Below are positions 9,491 to 19,273 of a stretch of DNA of 64,000 nt, piece after piece. The stretch covers positions 416,001 to 480,000 of the forward strand of contig CAXXXD010000002.1 in the NCBI GenBank assembly GCA_963663385.2, read 5' to 3'. Both the position numbers and the translations under genes were made by a program. Every line of letters begins with the position of its first letter. Within the stretch, counting starts at the first letter, position 1. Below the pieces are notes generated by a model that made no database searches, had not been told where the DNA came from, and worked only from the letters and a program-made list of their open reading frames with translations. This DNA is from Oceanispirochaeta sp. GTDB taxonomy: Bacteria > Spirochaetota > Spirochaetia > DSM-2461.

Positions 9491-10490
9491 TTTTCAGTAC
9501 CTCCCTGTAGTGCCAGCACATGACTTTGTGTGAATCACTGATTTCCGCATCCTCCGGACATTCCCGGCACTTTTCAGTGGCATATTCACAGCGGGGATGG
9601 AATTGACAGCCTGCCGGTCTGTCGAAGGGATCCGGCGTAGACCCTTTTATGGGCTCCAGATCCTGATTTTTCCCTTTTCCAAGAACAGGAATGGAGTTGA
9701 GCAGCGCTTTTGTGTAGGGATGTGCCGGGGTTCTGAGGACATCTTCCACTGTGCCGCTTTCCACTATATTGCCCATATACATGACGGCCACGTCATCGGC
9801 CAGTTCCGTTACAACTCCCATATCGTGGGTGATGAGCATAATGGCTGTTTCATGCTCTTTTTTCAGGGTATCCATCAGTTCGAAAATCTGAGCCTGGATT
9901 GTTACATCCAGAGCTGTTGTCGGTTCATCGGCAATCAGTACCTGGGGGTTGCAGGACATGGCCATGGCAATCATGGCCCTCTGCCGCATCCCGCCTGAAA
10001 ACTGATGGGGATACTCCCTGGCTCTCTGTTCGGGAACAGGGATCCCCATATTGCTCAAAAGATCGATTGTTTTCAGGGCGATCTTCCGTGCCGTAAGCTT
10101 TGTATGATACTTCAGGTTTTCTGAAATCTGACTTCCCACGGTGTAAACGGGGTTCAGAGCCGTCATGGGATCCTGAAAAATCATGGCGACTTCTCCGCCA
10201 CGGATGGATCTCATGGTGGGTCCATTCTGTTCCAGCTGATCGATCCGGAGAGTCCCGTGCTGTTTGCTGTAATAGTTGATTTCACCTTCTTCTATCCGGG
10301 ACAGCCGGGGAAGGAGTCCCATAATGGATGCAGCGGTTACGCTTTTTCCGCAGCCGCTTTCTCCCACTATACAGAGGGTTTTACCTTTTTGTACCTTGAA
10401 GGAGACTCCATTTATGGCTTTATTGCATCTCTGGTTCGTATAGAAGAATGTTTTAAGGTTTTTTACTTCAATAATTGTATCGTTGTTCAT
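9477..10490 (-). CDS. Oligopeptide/dipeptide-type ABC transporter ATP-binding protein (OppD-like)
   Basis: [40 protein letters not shown]. Confidence 0.95.
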   Translation of the reverse strand: MNNDTIIEVKNLKTFFYTNQRCNKAINGVSFKVQKGKTLCIVGESGCGKSVTAASIMGLLPRLSRIEEGEINYYSKQHGTLRIDQLEQNGPTMRSIRGGEVAMIFQDPMTALNPVYTVGSQISENLKYHTKLTARKIALKTIDLLSNMGIPVPEQRAREYPHQFSGGMRQRAMIAMAMSCNPQVLIADEPTTALDVTIQAQIFELMDTLKKEHETAIMLITHDMGVVTELADDVAVMYMGNIVESGTVEDVLRTPAHPYTKALLNSIPVLGKGKNQDLEPIKGSTPDPFDRPAGCQFHPRCEYATEKCRECPEDAEISDSHKVMCWHYREVLKNGSK

Positions 10491-10499
10491 ATCGATTTC

Positions 10500-11429
10500 C
10501 TATCCCTGCTGCGACGGATCGGTAGAATCCCTCAGCCCGTCCCCGATAAAGTTCACACTGAGTACAAAAAGGGAGATCACAGTACCTACGGGGAGCCACA
10601 TCCACCAGCTTTCCTGAAGAATCCTCAGCTCCTGTGCGGCGTTGAGGATATTTCCCCAGGTGGCAATATTCAGGGGAACTCCCAGGCCGAGAAAGCTTAA
10701 AGCCGCTTCCTGCAGGATAAACATGGCCGTACTCAGGGTAATATTGACCATAATGGGACCCAGGGCATTGGGGAGTATATGCTTGTAGCAGATGGTGAAT
10801 GTATTCAGTCCGAAAGCCTTGAGAGCCTGAACATACTCTTCCTCTCTCAGGCTGAGCATTCTGGCCCGGGCCATCCTGTACATGGGACCCCAGCCGGTTA
10901 TGATAAAAATAATCATCAGGTTCATCAGGCTCTGCCCCAGTATGGAAACAAGCAGCAGAACCAGAATTATCTGGGGAAAGGCCATGAATATTTCGGAAAT
11001 TCTCAAAAATATTCCGTCTGTCAGACCGCCTCTGTATCCGGCATAACAGCCGATTCCCACACCGATCACTGCAGCTCCCAGGGCGCTGCCCAGACCGACG
11101 AGGATGGATACTCTTCCTCCAAAAACAATACGGGCGAAAACATCCCGCCCAACCCGGTCCGTACCCAGGATATGATCGGCCGACGGGGCTGTCAGTACGG
11201 TCCGAAGGTCTATCATCAGGGGGTCGTACCGGCAGATAAGGGGGGCAAAAACCGATGACAGAACAATCAGTGTAAAAATCACAAGACCTGCCACGGCCAG
11301 TTTGTTATTCAGCAGTTTGCGAAGCTGTCGGTTCATATTGCTTTTTTTAATTAATCCGGCTTCTTCCTTTGCCCGTATCTTGTCAAAACTCCTGTCGAGT
11401 TTTGTTTTTTTCTTTTTGGTTTTTTCCAT
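10500..11429 (-). CDS. ABC transporter permease (OppC/DppC-like)
   Basis: HILGTDRVGRDVFARIVFG, EAA-like EEYVQALKAFG, LSFLGLG, NFIGDGLRD. Confidence 0.93.
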   Translation of the reverse strand: MEKTKKKKTKLDRSFDKIRAKEEAGLIKKSNMNRQLRKLLNNKLAVAGLVIFTLIVLSSVFAPLICRYDPLMIDLRTVLTAPSADHILGTDRVGRDVFARIVFGGRVSILVGLGSALGAAVIGVGIGCYAGYRGGLTDGIFLRISEIFMAFPQIILVLLLVSILGQSLMNLMIIFIITGWGPMYRMARARMLSLREEEYVQALKAFGLNTFTICYKHILPNALGPIMVNITLSTAMFILQEAALSFLGLGVPLNIATWGNILNAAQELRILQESWWMWLPVGTVISLFVLSVNFIGDGLRDSTDPSQQG

Positions 11430-11437
11430 TTCAATAC

Positions 11438-12397
11438 CTAACTCAATTTAACCCGGGGGTCCATTACTGCCGTCAGGATGTCTACCAGGAAACTGGCAAT
11501 CAGAACAGCAAAGACGGAAAACAGGGCAATCATCATAACCAGGGGAAAATTCTGTCCCCTTACGGCCGTAATAAACTCATTACCGATTCCGGGCCACTGG
11601 AAGATCTGTTCGATCACTACCGCTCCTCCTATCAGGGTGGGAAGTCTGAACCCAACCAGAACGATGACGGGAGTCAGGGCTACCCTGAATCCGTGGACAA
11701 GGTTTACCCGCCATTCGGGAAGCCCCTTGCTCCGGGCTGTTTTTATATACTCCTTATTCATGGAGTCGAGCATGCTGGACCGTGAATAGCGCATGACACC
11801 TGCTGTCATGGTCGCTGCCAGAACAAGGGATGGCATAATTACATGGGGGAAACGGTCCCAGTAGGTTACATACTCCGGCATAAGGCGTCCTCCTACAGGG
11901 AGCCATTTAAGTTTCAGAGCAAAAATCAGAATTGCCACCAGTCCGAAAAAGAACTGGGGGATGGAGACGCCGAGCATTCCCACTACGGTCAGGGCATTAT
12001 CGGCAAATGATCCCTTCTTCACGGCGCTGAAAAACCCCAGAATACTTCCTAAAATCGTTGAAAGGATCAGGGCTATTGCCGAAAGTTCCAGTGTGGCAGG
12101 GAGACGGTCAAACACGATATCCCTTATGGGAACGCCGCTTGAGAGGCTGTATCCGAAGTTGCCCTGCAGAACGCCTCCAAGCCATTTAAGATACCTGATA
12201 ACAAATGGATCATTCAGACCAAGAGACTCTCTGAGGGCATCCATTTTTTCCGGAGTCAATTCGGCTGCTGCTTCAGGATCAATCATGTAGGAAACAGCGT
12301 CTCCCGGCATCAGTTCCAATCCTGAATAGATCATAAAGCTGATAATGATCAGCATGGGAATCAGAATAAAAAGTCTTCTGATAGTGTAAGACAACAT
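11438..12397 (-). CDS. ABC transporter permease (OppB/DppB-like)
   Basis: Start MLSYTIRRL at 12397 behind AAAGGAG. MPGD, GNFGYS, RLPATLEL, YIKTARSKGL, DPRV. Confidence 0.93.
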   Translation of the reverse strand: MLSYTIRRLFILIPMLIIISFMIYSGLELMPGDAVSYMIDPEAAAELTPEKMDALRESLGLNDPFVIRYLKWLGGVLQGNFGYSLSSGVPIRDIVFDRLPATLELSAIALILSTILGSILGFFSAVKKGSFADNALTVVGMLGVSIPQFFFGLVAILIFALKLKWLPVGGRLMPEYVTYWDRFPHVIMPSLVLAATMTAGVMRYSRSSMLDSMNKEYIKTARSKGLPEWRVNLVHGFRVALTPVIVLVGFRLPTLIGGAVVIEQIFQWPGIGNEFITAVRGQNFPLVMMIALFSVFAVLIASFLVDILTAVMDPRVKLS

Positions 12398-12432
12398 GTA
12401 TATTACTCCTTTCGGTCTATACATCTTTAAAG

Positions 12433-12454
12433 GGGGCAGGACTGTTCCTGCCCC
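12433..12454 (-). terminator. Intercistronic hairpin after the SBP gene
   Basis: GGGGCAGGA-CTGT-TCCTGCCCC inverted repeat between the SBP and the first permease. Confidence 0.55.
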
Positions 12455-12481
12455 ATCGTTTTTTAATTGATTCCTGCTACC

Positions 12482-14143
12482 TCAGGGCTTGGGGAACTTG
12501 TTGACATAGAAAAGTCTGGTATAGGGAATATCCACGGGCCGGACAATCATATGGTCCATTGCTTCAAGGGATTTGACATCCGCCACACTTTTGGTAAAAC
12601 CGTAATCCAGTTTTCCCGCAGAGGCGTTCTTGATAACATTGGCATCATTCTCTCCGCTGGGGTACATGACGATCTCATCAATTTTGGCTACTCCTCCGTA
12701 ATAGGATTCAAAGGGAACCGCAACGGTATAGTCGTTCATTTCAATTTTTTCCAGTTTGAACGGGCCGCTTCCTACCGGGTGCTGCCAGAAGGGGTTCTGC
12801 TGAAACTGCAGAGGATCGGAGCCTTCGAAGTACTTCCGGGGAAGGGGAGGAAACTGGGAGAACGTCAGCATCATGTTGGGATCCAGGGTTTCAAAATTAA
12901 TGGTGATGTTCTTTCCGTCGATTACGATACCGCTGATACCGTCTGCGCTTCCTTCAATGAAAGCCCGGGCTCCCTTGATTGCCTTGAAGGTCGCAGAGAA
13001 AACAGAGTGTATGGCAGGTATTTTCAGGGCATATTCAATGCTCCATTTTACATCGTCAGCCGTAATAACGGACCCGTCATGCCATTTGGCATCATTCAGG
13101 GTGAAAGATATGCTCATGCTGTCGCTGGAAATGGAGTAGTCTGAAGCGAGCAGGCCCTTTTTGGCGATTAGAGATTCGTCTGCAGCGATCAGGCTGTCAA
13201 AAAGAACCTTGTTGTACATGAAAATACCGGGGTTGAACCAGGGGTGTTCAAAAAACTCGACAGGCGCCGTATTGGTATAGAGTATCTGCTTGCCCTTGGA
13301 ATCGGGAGTGACAGTCCAGTTCAGGATATTCCAGTCGTATTTATACTGGGCATTTCCGTATCCTCCTCCGTTTCTGTTCAGCCGGTCGCTTTCATAGATA
13401 AAAAGCTGCTGATAGTAGAGGGGTATGGTGGGGAGAATCCCGTTCAGGTATTTCTGCAGTTCGTAGAATGCTTTCTGCTGTTCGGAAACATTGGCTGTCG
13501 CCTGGGTGGCCGCAACCAGCCGGTCAATTTCCGGATCACCGGGGGTATGGGAGTTTCCCGGTCCGCCGGTTGTGAGTCTGTTATAGTACTCATGCATGGC
13601 CAGGGCGGCAATTCCCGCGTAAGCCATATCCCATTTTACGTAGGAAGGACCGGCTACGGGGTCGGAGGGGAGGGTCCATAACTGTTCTCCCAGGTCGCCT
13701 TCAAGCTTTCTGAACTGCATGTCAATGCCGACGGCTGCCAGGTAAGCCTGAGACGCTGTCATAATATCAACGGTTGACTGGTCGCCGTAGTAGTAGACAA
13801 CATCCAGGGTATAGTTTGAATCCCATTTGGCTTCTTTCAGAAGTTTCTTTGCCATATCCGGATCATAGGTGTAGGCGTTCAGCCCCGGTGTTTTCCAGGG
13901 GCCGTTGGGAGTCAGGCTGTCGGCAGCAATAGCTTTGCCTTCCAGGAGGGTTTCTGCAATTCTGTCCATATCTATGGCATAGGCAATAGCCTGCCGGACC
14001 CTGTAATCGGAAAGAGGATTACTGTTCAATCCCTCAATTTGAGTTTCCGATCCTGTTTCTGCTTCCTGCTGTCCTCCTGCCCACATGGTCATGGACATAG
14101 TCAGAAAAAGGCATGAGATCACGAAAAATCCAAGTTTTCTCAT
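12482..14143 (-). CDS. Family-5 ABC solute-binding protein, circularly permuted (putative sialic-acid-related ligand)
   Basis: Signal peptide ending AGGQQE. All SBP_bac_5 motifs are present, but the canonical C-terminal half comes first. Confidence 0.88.
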   Translation of the reverse strand: MRKLGFFVISCLFLTMSMTMWAGGQQEAETGSETQIEGLNSNPLSDYRVRQAIAYAIDMDRIAETLLEGKAIAADSLTPNGPWKTPGLNAYTYDPDMAKKLLKEAKWDSNYTLDVVYYYGDQSTVDIMTASQAYLAAVGIDMQFRKLEGDLGEQLWTLPSDPVAGPSYVKWDMAYAGIAALAMHEYYNRLTTGGPGNSHTPGDPEIDRLVAATQATANVSEQQKAFYELQKYLNGILPTIPLYYQQLFIYESDRLNRNGGGYGNAQYKYDWNILNWTVTPDSKGKQILYTNTAPVEFFEHPWFNPGIFMYNKVLFDSLIAADESLIAKKGLLASDYSISSDSMSISFTLNDAKWHDGSVITADDVKWSIEYALKIPAIHSVFSATFKAIKGARAFIEGSADGISGIVIDGKNITINFETLDPNMMLTFSQFPPLPRKYFEGSDPLQFQQNPFWQHPVGSGPFKLEKIEMNDYTVAVPFESYYGGVAKIDEIVMYPSGENDANVIKNASAGKLDYGFTKSVADVKSLEAMDHMIVRPVDIPYTRLFYVNKFPKP

Positions 14144-14223
14144 TTGATTTCTCCTTGTATTAAATTGTTGTTTTTGGTACGGCAGATTTCAACTGTTACT
14201 GCCATCAGTCTATAATTCTATTA

Positions 14224-14283
14224 TTGCATACAAATGTATACTGTCAAGAAAAAACTTGATAAATTTAATTTGTAGGTATACAA
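14224..14283. promoter_or_regulatory. Candidate GntR/FadR-type operators in the divergent promoter
   Basis: TTGCATACAA/TGTATAC at ~14224-14241 and TTGTAGGTATACAA at 14270-14283, between the SBP gene and gntR. Confidence 0.45.
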
Positions 14284-14314
14284 TGAGTAATAAAATAGTT
14301 AAAAGGTCTTGAAA

Positions 14315-14995
14315 ATGGAAAAAGAAAAGGCATCGGTAAAATCCTCATACGAAAAAATGAAAGAACTGATTCTTCATGGAAATATAGAACCGGGGCTGAG
14401 GCTGACGGAGGCGTATCTGGCTGAAAAACTGGATATGTCAAGAATCCCCGTAAGGGAAGCGGTTCAGCAGCTGGTGCAGGAAGGTTTTGTCGAGAGAACC
14501 GGAAAGAACGGTTATCAGATTAAAGAGTATAATGAACAGGATATTATTGACCTTTATAATTACAGAGAAGCTCTGGACGGGATGCTGAGCCGTTTATACA
14601 CACAAAGGGTCGATACGTCCCAGCTGTATTACCTTGAGATGAATGTTGAGGCGATGGAAGAGCACTTTAACAATTTCAATCATGAGATTTTTTCCCAGAT
14701 AGACCTTGAATTCCACAGGATTATCGCCCGGGGTGCCAGAAACCAGTATATGGAGCATCAGCATGAAATCATACTGGAGAAGGTTCTCTATGTGGCGGAT
14801 AAAATCTATCGGATTGATGAGACCAAACACACGGATCTGCTGAATGAAGAAACATACAGAGAGACACTCCAGCAGCATATAGCCATTTTTCAGGCTATCA
14901 AAGAGAAAAACCCCGATAAGGCTGAAGCTGCTGCAAGGGATTCGGTTAACAAAGGTCTGAAGAAAGCTCTGCAGGTCCTTTCGAGAAGGCATTAG
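14315..14995 (+). CDS. GntR family transcriptional regulator (FCD domain)
   Basis: PGLRLTEAYLAEKLDMSRIPVREAV wHTH, DLEFHRIIA FCD motif. Divergent from the nan operon. ATG 14315 is preferred over TTG 14309 on RBS spacing. Confidence 0.92.
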   Translation: MEKEKASVKSSYEKMKELILHGNIEPGLRLTEAYLAEKLDMSRIPVREAVQQLVQEGFVERTGKNGYQIKEYNEQDIIDLYNYREALDGMLSRLYTQRVDTSQLYYLEMNVEAMEEHFNNFNHEIFSQIDLEFHRIIARGARNQYMEHQHEIILEKVLYVADKIYRIDETKHTDLLNEETYRETLQQHIAIFQAIKEKNPDKAEAAARDSVNKGLKKALQVLSRRH

Positions 14996-15017
14996 ACTGC
15001 CATAATGTAACCTGATT

Positions 15018-16151
15018 CTACTCCCGGATGGTTTGAACCATTTTTCTGTAATTTTCCAGAGGCATGGTCGGCGGTATGGAGTGATCCGTATGGCAGATCC
15101 ACCCTCCGTCGGAAAAGGCTTCCTTCCGGCTGATCAGCTCCTTTTCCAGAACCGCCCAGTTGCCGTCCAGGATATGGGCATCGATATTTCCGTAAAAAGC
15201 CAGGCGTCCCCTGTAGCGTTCTTTCATCTCCCGGATATCCATACGGGCGGAAACCTGCAGGGGATTCATAACCCTGACGCCGCACTCTATCAGATCTTCG
15301 TATATCAGTTCCGCATTACCGCAGGAGTGCATCCAGAAATCGATGTCATGTTTTTTCAGAAAGCGTCCCAGTTCCTTCACCATATCCTTATAGGTATCCC
15401 GCCACATACCGGGAGACATAAGGGGTCCCGTACTGCCGCCCAGGTCATCCACCATCAGGTAGCCGTCGGGGATCATGCCTTCTGCCAGGCATCTTTCCAG
15501 AACTTTTACTGTCAGCTCAAAATGGGTTCGGCCCATATCCTTAACCCATTCCGGTTCCAGTGCTATATCCATCAGAAGACTGGCAAAATCCCTGTGCCGC
15601 CAGGTTGCTTCCCAGGGGCCGTAATTTTTAAAGAGAATATAGCGTTCGTTGCTCCTCATTACATCATACTTCCGCTTTGCATCGGCCCATGAGGGGTACG
15701 CATCAAAATGTTCAAAATAGTTGGCATCGTCAATTCTGGCCGGTTCATCAGGGTTGTCCGAAAGTTCCCACAGCTTTTTGTCCCGTTCCCATGCCTCCCT
15801 GTCTGTTGTTTTCACAGACACATAGTGGATAGAACCCGATTTTTTCCAGGGTTTTTCGGCAGTATACCCGTAACGGTCCTCGTATATATAATTCTCTCCT
15901 GAACGGGACAGGATCTTCTGTTCGTACCGGGGAGAGCAGTCAAGGTACATTACGGCAATATCCAGGTTAAAATATTCATCAATGGACTGGCTCATTTTAT
16001 CATCCGGATGGGGCGGATAGAGTGTGATATTTCCGGGAAAACCCTGTTCCCGCCAGCTGGCCGGTGTATCCGTCCAGAAATCTTCATGAAGGGGAATTCT
16101 GTCCGGTTTCTGCCAGTTTATGGCCGCTTTAACTCTTTCCCTCGATGTCAT
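15018..16151 (-). CDS. Uroporphyrinogen decarboxylase (UroD)/MtaA-CmuA methyltransferase superfamily protein
   Basis: MTSRERV...PDRIP, DDLGG, MHSCGN, NPLQ, FYGNID, HSIPP. Confidence 0.88.
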   Translation of the reverse strand: MTSRERVKAAINWQKPDRIPLHEDFWTDTPASWREQGFPGNITLYPPHPDDKMSQSIDEYFNLDIAVMYLDCSPRYEQKILSRSGENYIYEDRYGYTAEKPWKKSGSIHYVSVKTTDREAWERDKKLWELSDNPDEPARIDDANYFEHFDAYPSWADAKRKYDVMRSNERYILFKNYGPWEATWRHRDFASLLMDIALEPEWVKDMGRTHFELTVKVLERCLAEGMIPDGYLMVDDLGGSTGPLMSPGMWRDTYKDMVKELGRFLKKHDIDFWMHSCGNAELIYEDLIECGVRVMNPLQVSARMDIREMKERYRGRLAFYGNIDAHILDGNWAVLEKELISRKEAFSDGGWICHTDHSIPPTMPLENYRKMVQTIRE

Positions 16152-16318
16152 TTTTACCTCCGCAAGATATGTTTTGGATATTAGTACTATCTCACGGATT
16201 ACTGCCGCCTGGTTTGTTATTAATTACCATTATCGCCTTTTTTATGCCATATAGTTCAATATTGTATAATTTCTATTGCCATTATAGTGCTTTCTGTTTA
16301 GGCTTTCCAGAAAGCCAT

Positions 16319-17089
16319 ATGACCAGTTTCAGCAGTATTGTCAGTAAATACGGAAGTTTTCCCGTCCGACACTCCTCCGGATTGATCCGGTGGCCCCATT
16401 GGGATCTATTCCACCTGCATCAGGGGGTGCTTTCAATCGGGTTTGTGAACAGAACCATTGAAGTCACCCGGTCCCAATCCGTGCTTATTCCTCCCGGAAC
16501 AGCTTTCCGGATAGTCAACACCGGCCCGGTGGCAACCGCTTCTGTTCAATACTTTGTTCCCGTACCCGGATCCGCCTTTTCCTCTTCACTTTCCCGCATC
16601 CTTAATCCTTTTCACTATGCAGCTGTAAACAGTCAGATCGAAGCTCATATCAATGAGCTGCTGGAAAACGGTTCCTCCCGTGACAGGCCTGGCAGAAAGG
16701 AGGATCTGCTTCTGGAACTGATTATAGAAAAAATCTTGATCTACCGGTCCGGTAAGGAGAAAACTGTTCCCTGGAAAAGCATGATCCGGGTGTTCAGGTC
16801 ACGGCTTGAGAATCCGCCTTCCATTGAAGAACTGGCCCATTGGGCCGGATATTCTCCCAGCCGGTTCAGGGCGGTCTTTCAGAATGATACGGGTCTGTCT
16901 CCTGCTGTGTTTTTTCAAAAAATAAAAATGGAAAGCGCCTCTGCCATGCTTGCGGAGACAACTCTTCCCGTTAAGGATATCGCCGGTAAACACGGGTATA
17001 AAGAGGTTTCTCATTTTAACAGGGCTTTTACAAAACACTTCGGGATTCCCCCTGGAAGGTACAGAAGGATGAATTTGTTTCAGGGCTAG
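16319..17089 (+). CDS. AraC family transcriptional regulator
   Basis: N-terminal cupin-like region; C-terminal ELAHWAGYSPSRF and DIAGKHGYKEVSHFNRAFTKHFGIPPGRYR. Start placed at ATG 16319. Confidence 0.88.
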   Translation: MTSFSSIVSKYGSFPVRHSSGLIRWPHWDLFHLHQGVLSIGFVNRTIEVTRSQSVLIPPGTAFRIVNTGPVATASVQYFVPVPGSAFSSSLSRILNPFHYAAVNSQIEAHINELLENGSSRDRPGRKEDLLLELIIEKILIYRSGKEKTVPWKSMIRVFRSRLENPPSIEELAHWAGYSPSRFRAVFQNDTGLSPAVFFQKIKMESASAMLAETTLPVKDIAGKHGYKEVSHFNRAFTKHFGIPPGRYRRMNLFQG

Positions 17090-17099
17090 GTTCAGACCC

Positions 17100-17131
17100 A
17101 AAAAAAACGGAGAGGAATAAACCTCTCCGTT
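17100..17131 (-). terminator. Rho-independent terminator between convergent genes
   Basis: AACGGAGAGG-AATAAA-CCTCTCCGTT with a T-run on the minus strand. Confidence 0.75.
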
Positions 17132-17153
17132 AATCAAAATCATTATTTATAAT

Positions 17154-17193
17154 TCTCCCTCTCCCTCTGGGAGAGGGGATTAAGGGGTGAGGG
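17154..17193. repeat. REP-like extragenic palindrome (CCCTCACCCC...CCCCTCTCCC-AGA-GGGAGAGGG type)
   Basis: Minus strand CCCTCACCCCTTAATCCCCTCTCCCAGAGGGAGAGGGAGA. This shape is common among bacterial extragenic repeats; only one full copy in the window. Confidence 0.6.
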
Positions 17194-17211
17194 TTGAAGA
17201 GGGATAATATA

Positions 17212-19224
17212 TCAGCCCGCCATCATCTGCATAATACCGCCGCCGTTTTTCACATTGCTGAATCCGTTCTGCGCCAGAATCCGGACACCGTAGGCGCTCC
17301 GGGCCCCTGAGGCGCAGTAGAGGGTAATGTCCCGGTCTTTCGCTCCCAGTTCATCCATCCTGGCTGATAACTCATCCAGAGGAATACATATGGCATCCGG
17401 ATGGGCTCCCATATTGAACTCTTCTGTTGTTCTGACATCAATTACCAGGGGACCATTGGCTACTATGGATACGGCTTCCTCTTCCATTTCCAGGGATTCA
17501 TCAGTTGATCCTTCTTCCAGACTCCTGGCTTCGGGGGTTCTCAGAGGAACCTGAATAAACTCAAATCCTACCGCTCTGGCATAGTATTCAAGGCTGGGAT
17601 ACCCGCCGCTGATGTACCGGGCCTCGCTGAATCCGTTCAGTATCAGCTGTCTGACCGTTCGGTGGGCTACTTTGCCGGTTTCATCGTAAATCAGAATGGC
17701 CGTATCTCTGGGCACTTCCGCCAGGGCTTCCAGCAGTTTTTCCGGGGCCAGGTTGGCTGCTCCGGCAACGCTTCCCTTCTGATAGGAAAAGTAGTCCCTT
17801 ATATCCACCAGGGCCAGTTTCCTATCCCGGATGTACTCTTCCACCTCCGCTGCGGTGAGGGCGGGGCTGTAACCGCTCTGTCTGTTCTGCGCCGCAAACC
17901 CGGCCATATTGACGGGATCATTGGCTGAACCGAAGGGAGGCGCATAGGCCAGATCCAGTTCTCCCAGATCCTCGATAGTCAGTCCGGCAGCAATGGCTGT
18001 GGCCAGTACGTCCAGCCTTTTATCGGCTCCGTCTACTCCGGCGGTCTGGGCCCCCAGGACTTTTCCGGTTTTTTTATCATAAATCAGGTGAATCGCAACC
18101 ATTTCGCCGCCGGGGTAGTAACCCACATGATTTTCTTTTCTGACAACTACCGCTTCCACATCAAGCCCGGCGTCCCTTGCCTGCTTCATATTAATCCCGG
18201 TTGTTCCGGCAACCGCTTCGAAGACGCGGACGATGGATGTCCCCTGGGCTCCCTTGTACTTGATTTTCTCTTCGGGATTCTCTGCCAGGGCATTTGTTGC
18301 GGCTATTCTTCCCTGTCTGTTGGCAGGTCCTGCCAGGGGAATCCGGACTTTTTTACCCAGTACACGGTGAACTGTTTCTGCCATATCACCGCCGGCCAGG
18401 ATATCCTTGTCGGAAGTCTGCAGAAACTCATCCACCAGCAATCCCCCGGATTCTCCCAGTTCCAGTCCGGCCTGTCTGGCCAGGGTCAGGGTGGGGCGTA
18501 CCCCCACAGAGAGAAGCACCATGTCCGCATCCAGCTCGCTGCCGTCATCCAGTACAACAGATTTTTCCTTTATGGCTGTCACGGAGCGTCCGGTATGAAC
18601 ACCGACACCGTAGGCGGCCAGTTCTTCCTGCAGGATCCCCGCTATTTCGCCCTCCATCAGGGGCATGATATGAGGGGCCAGTTCCACATTATGTACATTC
18701 AATCCCCGTTTCTTCAGGGCTTCCACCATTTCCAGGCCGATAAATCCTCCACCGACTACCACAGCGGATTTGGGATTATCATTCCTGATATAGTCATCAA
18801 TCCGGTCCATATCCTCCAGGGTCCAGAGGGAGAAGACATTGGGGCTGTCTGCGCCTTCCAGACCGGGAATAAAAGGCTTGCCTCCCTGGGAAAGGATCAG
18901 TTTGTCGTATTCATAGGTACGGGTTTTACCTGTCTGGCGGTTGATCGCCCTGACTGTTTTAGCGGTCCGATCTATTTCCAGGGCTTCTGTCATAGTATGG
19001 ACATCCACATCATACTGATCCCTGAAGCTTTCGGGGCTCTGCAGAATCAGTTTGCTCCGGCTCTTGATATCGCCCCCTATATAGTAGGGAAGCCCGCAGT
19101 TGGCAAAAGACACATCCGGTCCCGCTTCCAGCATGGTGATTTCTATATCTTTATTCAAACGTCTTGCTCTTGCTGCTGCTGTTGCTCCTGCTGCAACTCC
19201 GCCGATGATTAATAATTTATTCAT
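17212..19224 (-). CDS. CoA-disulfide/persulfide reductase-like flavoprotein with two C-terminal rhodanese domains
   Basis: GGVAAG, SFANCGLPYY redox Cys, GGGFIGLE, AYAPPF. Rhodanese 1 has IYDETG (no Cys); rhodanese 2 has YCASGARS. Confidence 0.9.
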   Translation of the reverse strand: MNKLLIIGGVAAGATAAARARRLNKDIEITMLEAGPDVSFANCGLPYYIGGDIKSRSKLILQSPESFRDQYDVDVHTMTEALEIDRTAKTVRAINRQTGKTRTYEYDKLILSQGGKPFIPGLEGADSPNVFSLWTLEDMDRIDDYIRNDNPKSAVVVGGGFIGLEMVEALKKRGLNVHNVELAPHIMPLMEGEIAGILQEELAAYGVGVHTGRSVTAIKEKSVVLDDGSELDADMVLLSVGVRPTLTLARQAGLELGESGGLLVDEFLQTSDKDILAGGDMAETVHRVLGKKVRIPLAGPANRQGRIAATNALAENPEEKIKYKGAQGTSIVRVFEAVAGTTGINMKQARDAGLDVEAVVVRKENHVGYYPGGEMVAIHLIYDKKTGKVLGAQTAGVDGADKRLDVLATAIAAGLTIEDLGELDLAYAPPFGSANDPVNMAGFAAQNRQSGYSPALTAAEVEEYIRDRKLALVDIRDYFSYQKGSVAGAANLAPEKLLEALAEVPRDTAILIYDETGKVAHRTVRQLILNGFSEARYISGGYPSLEYYARAVGFEFIQVPLRTPEARSLEEGSTDESLEMEEEAVSIVANGPLVIDVRTTEEFNMGAHPDAICIPLDELSARMDELGAKDRDITLYCASGARSAYGVRILAQNGFSNVKNGGGIMQMMAG

Positions 19225-19251
19225 TTAGTCCTCTCTTTATTTGAGTTGTTG

Positions 19252-19273
19252 TATATAGTAATAATACTATATA
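19252..19273. promoter_or_regulatory. Perfect 9-4-9 inverted repeat, candidate repressor operator
   Basis: TATATAGTA-ATAA-TACTATATA, just downstream of a minus-strand TTGACA (19281-19286) and upstream of the reductase RBS. Confidence 0.55.
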
